Below, piece after piece: positions 56,401-64,000 of a stretch of DNA of 64,000 nt. Within the stretch, counting starts at the first letter, position 1; the number at the start of each line of letters is the position of its first letter. The notes beneath the pieces were generated by a model. It did no database searches. It was given only the letters and a program-made list of their open reading frames with translations, and had not been told where the DNA came from. This DNA comes from an uncultured Alphaproteobacteria bacterium (GTDB taxonomy: Bacteria > Pseudomonadota > Alphaproteobacteria > ATCC43930 > CGMCC-115725), in assembly GCA_963799085.1 (NCBI GenBank), contig CAWCWA010000013.1, positions 140,314 to 204,313 on the forward strand. Direction: 5' to 3'. The position numbers and the translations under genes were made by a program.

Positions 56401-58530
56401 CTGGTCACAACCTCATAAAAAATAAGCGAATACAGCAATAAATTCATGATATAATAAACAAAATAAAGGTGTTTCATCGTTATCTAAGCAATTACCTTTT
56501 ACTCTAAAATTTGTTATATTATACCCAGTAATTAGTAACAGTAAAGCTGCATAGGGTCTTCTCGTCTAACTAGAGGTAAGCAGTATCTGCACTGCTATTA
56601 TAATTTCACTGAGCTAATCATTGAGACAGCTGTTGTATCGTTACATCATTCATGCAAGACCGCATTTAACGGCCAAGGTATTCCGCTACCTTAAGACCCT
56701 TATAGGTAAGGCCGCCATTGATCGGGGTTTCCTTTCAAAACCTAACTTATATTAGTCAACAAAGAAAATCCGTTAACCGGCCGACATAGGGCAGAAATCA
56801 CACTCAATACTTTGATTTTCATCTTACGCAAAGTGCTTTGTTTTAATTAAACAGTCGTACAACACCATTTTGTGCCTCCTCTTCACCTTGATATTAATCA
56901 AGATAAATGGCCCACCTTATTCCTAAGTTACGGAGTAAATTTGCCGAGTTCCTTAATGATTATTAGCTCAAACGCCTTCGTATTCTCTACTTGCTTACTA
57001 GTGGTAGTATATAGGTACGGTTAAAAAAATTTTCTCGAACACTTAAGTACTAATTTAAATGTTAACATATAATATCTCATCGTGTAACCCTTTAGGTGTG
57101 ACCAATGTAATTACCAATTTATCTTTTGAACATTGTTTATAATTACACTATAGACATAGTTATAACTTCATCTGTTTCAGTTTATTTTTTTATAACCACG
57201 TCCTCCTTTGATTATTTCACTTAGAGGCCGTTAATTAAATAAAACCATAAGCTTTAGGCGAGGTATTATACCTTTTTCGTTACTCATGTCAGCATTATTT
57301 CTTGAAACATACACTTTTTAACTTAAAAAGTATTATATTAATCAATATTCTGCTACCCCACAAATAATATATATATATATATCTATTTATTATATTTATG
57401 CACAAGATATCAGTATATTGTTTAGATCCGTTATATTTTTGATGCTTTTAACAATAACTCTTTATTTAAACCTAAAGATAATAAATTAGACCAGTGCTCT
57501 GTTACAAGAGATCTTTAAAAAATGGCCGCTTCTAAGCCTATTTCCTGGTTGTTTTTGAAAAAAACTTTCTTTTTCACTTAACAATAATTATGGAACTTTA
57601 AACTCTTGTTTTGGGCTGTTTCCCTGTTGACATACAACCTTATCGTACTATGTCTGATTATTTAACATACATCGTTATCCTTCCGAGATCTTTTTTACTC
57701 CAGTAAAATCTTCGAAATCCCCTGATATATATAATTTAAACAATAAATTATCATCTAAATTACCGAAATAAAATACTGTACCTATAAAGATGTTATTTAA
57801 ATGACCTACTTAAATAGGTTTCGCAGAAAACCAGCTATCCTAGTCAGTTTTGTCTTTCACTAACTTACCATAATTCTTTGGATATCTTTACAACGATAAC
57901 CCATTCGAACTTTTATAATCCTGATTATAGTAAGATCACTAGGCTTCGGGTCTAATTTTAAATACTTAATTGCTATTTAGCAACTGATTTATCTAGGCAA
58001 ATATACAGATTTATACTGCTTGCATTTAATATTAACTTGCTGACCCATTATGCAAAAGGTACGCTCTCATAATTTAATCAAATTATTTCTTAAGCTACTT
58101 ATAAAACTACTACTTCAAGAATTTCCCTCACGGTACTTTTTTACTATTGCTTATATGTTATATTTAGTTTTAGAAGAAGGTTCTCCTATATTCAAACGGA
58201 TTTTATCCATTTTAATTAAAAACTTTTCTACTTTCATTCACACTAATAATAGAATCTTATTTAATTTATTTTACTAAAGCTAATAAGATATTTCAATTAA
58301 CTTCGTTTTATAAATATAATTTATCTAAGGACAAAGAAAGCTATTAATAGTATAGACTTATTTCAAAATTTCCCTTAACATATAGCTATTCATTTATAAT
58401 AGTTTCTTTTTATACTTTCTATTATATTAATCAATTATAAACATAATTAAAAAAATACAATAAAGTTATACTTTACATATCTATTTTACACATTAAAGTT
58501 ACTTAATTTAATAATATATATATTTATATA
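53450..58530 (-). rRNA. rnl: Mitochondrial large-subunit rRNA, interrupted by an intron carrying rps3; boundaries approximate.
   Basis: Reverse complement contains 23S signatures: GAGCGTACCTTTTGCATAATGGGTCAG (domain I/II, about 58040); GGAACTCGGCAAATT...CCGTAACTT and GACTGTTTAATTAAAACAAAGCACT (domain IV); GGTAGCGGAATACCTTGGCCGTTAAATGCGGTCTTGCATGAATG (PTC region, about 56650); CACCTCGATGTCGGCTTAGC...GAGCTGGGTTAAATACGTCGTGAGACAG (domain V/VI, about 53520-53680). Confidence 0.75.
53852..55135 (-). CDS. rps3: Mitochondrial ribosomal protein S3 (Var1/S5-like), encoded within the rnl intron.
   Basis: Two Lys/Asn-rich ORFs (218 and 192 aa); the C-terminal part ...GRLTKRLTASRSISKSMGKGSLKNR...NRIGAYGIKS resembles the Rps3 C-terminus; lies between the rnl domain-IV and domain-V/VI segments. 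Confidence 0.5.
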
Positions 58531-58639
58531 TCTAAGTATTAATATAAAAATTTTCGGGTTATTATGATTAGAACATGCATTAATCCTCAACCCAAATGAG
58601 GCACCTAACCAACCAGGCTCTAACCCGTAAAACATGACT

Positions 58640-58727
58640 CAGAAAATATCCGATTCGAACGGATGTGACTTTATAAAGCCAAATAAGTTTCAAGCTTATC
58701 ACCTTAAACCACTCGGTCAATTCCCTT
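58640..58727 (-). tRNA. tRNA-Ser (UGA) with long variable arm, tentative.
   Basis: Ser/Leu-type D-loop GACCGAGTGGTTTAAGG; anticodon arm ATAAG/CTTGAAA/CTTAT; T-arm ATCCG/TTCGAAT/CGGAT. Confidence 0.4.
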
Positions 58728-58843
58728 TTATTAAAACAAATTATTACAAATTAATCGCAAAGTACATATAATAATTGAACTTATAAAAATATCTTAGAAA
58801 AGTATTATTTTACTTTTAGACTAATCTACTTATTTAACAGAAT

Positions 58844-58916
58844 CTGATTTCTCGACGGCTTGAACGTCGAACATACTCTTATCAAAAGTACACTTTACCT
58901 ATTAAGTTAAGAAATC
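58844..58916 (-). tRNA. tRNA-Ile (GAU).
   Basis: Acceptor GATTTCT/AGAAATC perfectly paired; T-arm CGACG/TTCAAGC/CGTCG; anticodon loop TTGATAA. Confidence 0.55.
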
Positions 58917-59105
58917 TATTGTAAAAATTATTATTCAGAAAAAAGATATAAATCGATATAACTATGTCATTACAAACAATATTATTATCACTATTATTAA
59001 TCATAATTAACACATTAAAGTAATCATAATTAATTATTACTGTTGTTAATTATAACTAACTAACATATTAATTCTAATAAACATAATATAAAACTTTTCC
59101 TTTTA

Positions 59106-59179
59106 CTCAAGAGCATTCTGACTCGAACAGAAAATTTGAAGTTTGAAGCTTCCTATTTTACCTATTAAACTATACTCTT
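59106..59179 (-). tRNA. tRNA-Trp (UCA); supports reading TGA as Trp.
   Basis: Acceptor AAGAGTA/TGCTCTT; T-arm TTCTG/TTCGAGT/CAGAA; anticodon loop CTTCAAA. Confidence 0.55.
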
Positions 59180-59223
59180 ATATAATTAAATATACTTTAA
59201 TCTATACATCAGATGCATTTAAC

Positions 59224-59303
59224 GGAAAAGAGATGAATTGAACATCCAAGTGTTAAAACACAATATTTAGCAAATATCTAGCCTTACCAATAGCAACTTT
59301 TCC
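59224..59303 (-). tRNA. tRNA-Ser (GCU) with long variable arm.
   Basis: Acceptor GGAAAAG/CTTTTCC; anticodon loop TTGCTAA. Confidence 0.5.
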
Positions 59304-59554
59304 TTTACAACATAAATTAATAATAACATAGTAAAATAACATTATCCTTAGTATTAGACTTAACTTCCTATAAATCTTTAACATAATTATTAAATATATT
59401 TTCTAATTTATTAAATTGATATCTATTTAAAACAATAATTTTGTAACAAGCTCAATCTTAACAACCTCAACCTTAATAACCACATCAAAAGTTTATTTTC
59501 TAAGGTTTTATTAATTATTTTTACGATGTTAATATATTTATGTAATACACTAAT

Positions 59555-59627
59555 CGGGTTAGACCGGTTTCGATCCGATATCTCCTTTCGTGACAAGAAA
59601 GTTATTTACCTATTAACTACTAACCCT
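59555..59627 (-). tRNA. tRNA-Asp (GUC).
   Basis: Acceptor GGGTTAG/CTAACCC; anticodon arm CTTTC/TTGTCAC/GAAAG; T-loop TCGAAAC. Confidence 0.55.
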
Positions 59628-59670
59628 CTTCCCTATTTATTTATTAATGATTAAATAATATTTTTTTATA

Positions 59671-59735
59671 GCCAATTGAATTCGAATCAATATACATCGT
59701 TTGGAAGACGATCGGTTTACCATTAACCTATGGCT
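59671..59735 (-). tRNA. tRNA-Gly (UCC), tentative (weak acceptor stem).
   Basis: Anticodon arm ATCGT/CTTCCAA/ACGAT perfect; T-arm ATTGA/TTCGAAT/TCAAT. Confidence 0.45.
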
Positions 59736-59923
59736 ATTTATATCTTGATTAATAGTTTATATTAGCAACTAAAAATTTATAAATTTAAATCTTTTATAAA
59801 TCACATTATAATAATGAAAATATTCATTTAATATCTGTATATTTGAATAGTTTATTCATAATAATTATATACTAAAATTATTATTATTATATCCAATTTA
59901 TATATAAATTTTACAAAAATCTA

Positions 59924-59994
59924 AGACCTTTGGGATTTGAACCCAAATACTAATGCTTAAAAGGCACATGTTTTACCATTAAACTAAGGTCTTT
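59924..59994 (-). tRNA. tRNA-Lys (UUU), tentative.
   Basis: Acceptor AAGACCT/AGGTCTT; T-loop GGTTCAAATCC; anticodon loop CTTTTAA. Confidence 0.45.
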
Positions 59995-60017
59995 TAACAG
60001 ATTAAAAACAGTATTTA

Positions 60018-60638
60018 TTAAGATTTTATCGTTATAATAATAGTTCCTACCATAGCCAATAATAATATTATAGACGCTATAATAATCCATATAAAATAGT
60101 TAGTATAAATAACATTACCTATACTAATTATATGAGAAACATCTATTAATATTCTATCTCATATATTAGAAGTTACATATAAATTTTCACTATAATTATT
60201 TAAAGACATAAGATTTATAAACTTATTATCTGTAACATTTAAACTACTAAAAGGTAACACTTTATATAAAAAGTAATAAAGAAAAATACCTATTATCAAA
60301 GCTAAAGGTAAACTATTATTGGTATCACTTTGCAATTCCGATACTCTAATGTTAATTAACATTAAAATAAATAAAAATAAAATAGAAACTGCCCCTATAT
60401 AAACTACAAGGTAAGCTATCCCTATAAAAGTCATTCCGGATAACATTAAATAAGTTGATACACATAAAAATAAACCTATTAAAAATAGAACAGATATAAT
60501 AGGATTTTTACTTATTATAATAAATATACCGCATAACAAAGACATTAAAGAAATTAATACTAACAATTGAATCTTATAACCATTAATATAATTATCTATT
60601 AAAACGAATAAATTATTAATTACTAATTTTTTAATCAA
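60018..60638 (-). CDS. nad6: NADH dehydrogenase subunit 6.
   Basis: 621 nt in frame with one TGA(Trp) at 60159; ...GMTFIGIAYLVVYIGAVSILFLFILMLIN...; TAA at 60018-60020. Confidence 0.75.
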
Positions 60639-60814
60639 TTATAAAACTCTATTTTCTTAAATTTCAATCATAAAATACCATATACATATATGTATATACG
60701 GATCACAACCAAGTTTTACAATGTCTTATAATAATTACAGAATGTATTAATAAAAAAGGACAACAATATATATATATATATACCTGTAAAACAAATAATT
60801 TATTTAAATATATA

Positions 60815-60883
60815 TGCTAGAGTGATTCGAACACTCACTTGTAAGTACAATAAACTTATGACTTACCACTAGCCATTAGCACA
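60815..60883 (-). tRNA. tRNA-like gene, copy 1 (paired acceptor, canonical T-arm); anticodon assignment ambiguous.
   Basis: Reverse complement TGTGCTA..GAGTG/TTCGAAT/CACTC..TAGCACA; the only clean anticodon stem (TAAGT/ACTTA) encloses the loop TTATTGT. Confidence 0.4.
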
Positions 60884-60974
60884 TTTTTTTATCTATGTAT
60901 ATACTTATATATACTTATCGTCTACATACAACCTATAAAAACTCAATTTTACCTAAAATTTTTAAACTAAATTT

Positions 60975-62144
60975 TTAACTATAAATTTTATTATCTATAT
61001 CCAAATCTATCAAAGTATTTTCAATATATGTAATTATAGGAACCACTACTAAAAAATATGAAAAATATAAAATAGTAGAAATTTGACCAAATTCTATAAA
61101 AGGAGATTCAACATGTTTAGCTCCTAATTGCATTAAAACTATAAAATCAGCCACAAAAATATAAAATACTATTTTACTTAGTGGTTTGAATTGTATACCT
61201 CTACTTCTACTAATATCACTAAACGGCATTATTAATAAAATTAGTATAGCAGAAAACATGGCTATTACTCCTAATAATTTATTAGGAATAGATCTTAAAA
61301 TAGCATAAAAAGGAAGTAAATATCATTCAGGTACTATTGCCGGAGGTGTTTGCATTGGATTAGCCATAACGTAATTTTCGCTGTCACCTAGCACATTAGG
61401 CATAAAAAAAACGAAAACGGACAAGATTATAATAAACAAAAATATAGTTATTAAATCTTTAAATATATAATAAGGAGAAAAAGGTATTCTATCATAATTC
61501 CCTGACACACCTAAAGGATTACCTGATCCCACAGTATCGTGCAATACAATCAAATGCATTAATGCTAATGCAGCCAAAACAAAAGGTAAAACAAAATGCA
61601 GAGAAAAAAATCTATTTAAAGTAGCATTATTTACTGAAAAACCACCTCAAATAAACTCAACTATATCTTGTCCTATTCAAGGAATGGCACTCATAAGATT
61701 AGTTATAACTGTTGCACCTCATAAGCTCATTTGACCATAAGGAAGAACATAACCTAGAAAAGCTGTGGCCATCATTGTCACAAAAATTATAGTACCTATA
61801 ACTCAAGTCAATGTTCTAGGTGACTTGTAAGATCCATAATATAAACCTCTACCTATATGTAAATAGACTAAAAAGAAAAAGGCTGAAGCTGTATTTGAGT
61901 GTAAATAACGAATTAATCATCCGTTGTTTACATCTCTCATAATATGTTCAATTGAATTGAATGCTTCTAAAACACTAGGGTTATAGTGCATAGCTAAAGT
62001 TACTCCTGTAACTATTTGTATAACTAAACAGAAAGCTAAAAGTGAACCAAAATTTCATAAATAACTTAAATTAGAAGGCTGAGGCGAATCTATTAAATAA
62101 GAATTTAACATTCTAAGAAGAGGATTACTTTTTAATATTCTCAT
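60975..62144 (-). CDS. cob: Apocytochrome b; single exon in this window.
   Basis: 1,170 nt in frame; ORF segments ...[22 protein letters not shown]...PYYIFKDL... and ...[49 protein letters not shown]...; N-terminus [10 protein letters not shown]... at ATG 62144. Confidence 0.8.
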
Positions 62145-62426
62145 TTTATAAGACTAAGATTTTTATTTTTATTAAAAGGTATTTAATCTTCTTTAATTAA
62201 ATTATTATTTAACAGAATATTATTGTTATAAATTGTTTTCCACAATACAATAAACTAAACTTCTTATAATTTTATTATTTTCCATATAAGAATCGAACTT
62301 ATAAATATACCTTCGAAAAGTATTGTTTTACCTTTAAACTAATAGAAATAATTAACCAATATATCGGTTGTGATATAAATAATTAAAATCCAAACTATAA
62401 TTCACATATGTTTATATAAAAAATAG

Positions 62427-63236
62427 TTAAGATCCTCAATAGTAAACTGAGACATATAAAAATAATCATACAACGTCTACAAAATGTCAATAAAGTATAC
62501 CAGCTTCTAAACCTAAATGATGATTTTCAGTTAAATGGTATGCTAATACACGTCAAAACCCTACAGACAAAAATATTGTACCAATTATAACGTGCAATCC
62601 ATGAAAACCTGTTCCAAAATAGAAACAAGAACCAAACACACCATCAGTTATAGTAAAAGAAGAAACTGAATATTCAATCACTTGTAAAGCTGTAAATAAA
62701 ATAGCTAAAATAATAGTATAAACTAAACCATATAAAGCCCCAGTCCTATTTCCTTGTATTAAGGAATGATGAGCATAAGTTACCGTTACACCTGATGATA
62801 ATAAGATAACTGTATTTAATAATGGTAATTCAAAAGGATTAATTGCTTGTATCCCCATAGGAGGTCATTGAGCTCCTATTTCTACATTAGGAGATAAAGC
62901 GCTATGAAAGAAAGTTCAAAAGATAGCTAAAAAAAATAAGGCTTCAGACAATATAAACAGTGCAACACCCATATTTAAACCTCTTTGTACAGCTAAAGTA
63001 TGATTACCTAAATATGTACCTTCCGATATTATATCTCTAAATCATAGACTCATAGAATATATAACTGAAGTTAAGGCCATATAAAAGAAAACATAAGCGA
63101 ACGAAAAACTATGCATAGTTAAAACACCCGTAGTTGTAAGCGAAAGTAAATTTACACCACTACAAACAGGTCAAGGCGAAGGCGATACTAAATGAAAGGG
63201 ATGAGCTTGAAAGTTACTTCTTGTAAGATTTGACAT
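62427..63236 (-). CDS. cox3: Cytochrome c oxidase subunit 3.
   Basis: 810 nt, 269 codons, TGA=Trp several times; [23 protein letters not shown]...[19 protein letters not shown]...; TAA at 62427-62429. Confidence 0.8.
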
Positions 63237-63325
63237 AACAAATTGTACATTTTTCTGTATTACTAATATTACACTTATTTGTACATATTACTGTAAAACA
63301 AATAATTTATTTAAATATATATATA

Positions 63326-63394
63326 TGCTAGAATGATTCGAACACTCATTTGTAAGTACAATAAACTTATGACTTACCATTAGTCATTAGCACA
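63326..63394 (-). tRNA. tRNA-like gene, copy 2 (near-identical to 60815-60883).
   Basis: Same acceptor, T-arm and anticodon-arm sequences, with a few substitutions in the D region. Confidence 0.4.
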
Positions 63395-63504
63395 TTTTTT
63401 TTATTATATAAAGCTAAATATAATATATTCAACTACTAATTTAACAAAAACTATATGTTAAATCTATGTAAAACATAAAGAAATTTTTATAACTAGTTTT
63501 CAAA

Positions 63505-64000
63505 TCAAAAAGAAGGTATTCTATCTGCCTCAGGAATATCTAATCTGATTTCAATAATTCTTATTAAAACCATAAGATTATTTCCCCCCAACCTAAAATC
63601 CTCGAAATTCTGATGAATCCTATCAATAAGAGGTCCTGGCAGAAATTGTATTATAGGCAAATCAACCAGAATAGAAAAACGAGAAAATAAAGATTCTCTT
63701 GCAAGAGCATGTTCTTGAAGAGAAAGATATATACGATATAAAAGCTCAGACCCAGGAGCATAGTTATTTAAATTGGCAAGTAATAAATCAACTGCTCTTT
63801 GCTCCTCTAACACCAACCTTTCACATAAAAGAAGTATCGAATCCAACTGTTGAATAATAAATGCAAGCGAATGATCCTCCATTAAAACCCCAGGTAAACC
63901 CGTAACCAAGAAAAATAAGATGGCAGACATACCCATTAAAAGAATAAACGCACCACCTAATGGATTATTTATTAAATTAGGAGTATATGCAACATTATAA
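63505..64000 (-). CDS. Partial ORF of unknown function; open to the window end.
   Basis: At least 165 codons on the minus strand with no stop before 64000; GC about 40%, higher than neighbouring mtDNA; no recognisable domain. Confidence 0.3.
   Translation of the reverse strand, partial: YNVAYTPNLINNPLGGAFILLMGMSAILFFLVTGLPGVLMEDHSLAFIIQQLDSILLLCERLVLEEQRAVDLLLANLNNYAPGSELLYRIYLSLQEHALARESLFSRFSILVDLPIIQFLPGPLIDRIHQNFEDFRLGGNNLMVLIRIIEIRLDIPEADRIPSF

Noticed and set aside
62270-62350. tRNA-like sequence between cob and cox3 (T-arm ATAAG/TTCGATT/CTTAT; anticodon loop TTTCGAA).
   Set aside because: Its acceptor stem could not be paired convincingly and a UCG-anticodon Arg tRNA would duplicate the ACG one; left uncalled pending a proper tRNA scan. 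The same applies to tRNA-like stretches at about 51,985-52,052 and about 52,840-52,910.

Overview
The window is a composite of two unrelated sequences. Coordinates 1 to about 39,480 are high-GC (about 65%) DNA with the gene content and synteny of an alphaproteobacterial chromosome: ettA, an mlaA/mlaC pair, a sahR-like regulator with metF and metH, a hybrid sensor kinase next to a CoxL/XDH-type molybdo-hydroxylase subunit, a radical-SAM plus rhodanese operon, two IS elements flanking a low-GC cargo islet, an SBP56 (methanethiol-oxidase-like) gene, nadE and a PEP-CTERM protein. Many genes in this part have their conserved domains split across two reading frames: metH, the XDH subunit, the B12 radical SAM, the DUF169 gene, both transposases, a SAM methyltransferase, a hydratase and the NAT gene. 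At about 39,481 the composition drops abruptly to about 25% GC. From there to 64,000 the sequence is a fungal-type (Pezizomycotina-like) mitochondrial genome segment with every gene on the minus strand and TGA read as Trp. It carries a 5'-truncated nad1, atp6, cox1, nad4, nad5 overlapping nad4L, nad3, nad2, cox2, tRNA clusters, rnl with an intron-encoded rps3, nad6, cob and cox3. The junction cuts nad1 in mid-gene, so it is most likely an assembly or cloning chimera rather than biology. No CRISPR array was seen. The most novel-looking bacterial loci are listed first among the findings below, but given the frame-break density and the clearly composite mitochondrial half I would not claim a new system without first validating the sequence.
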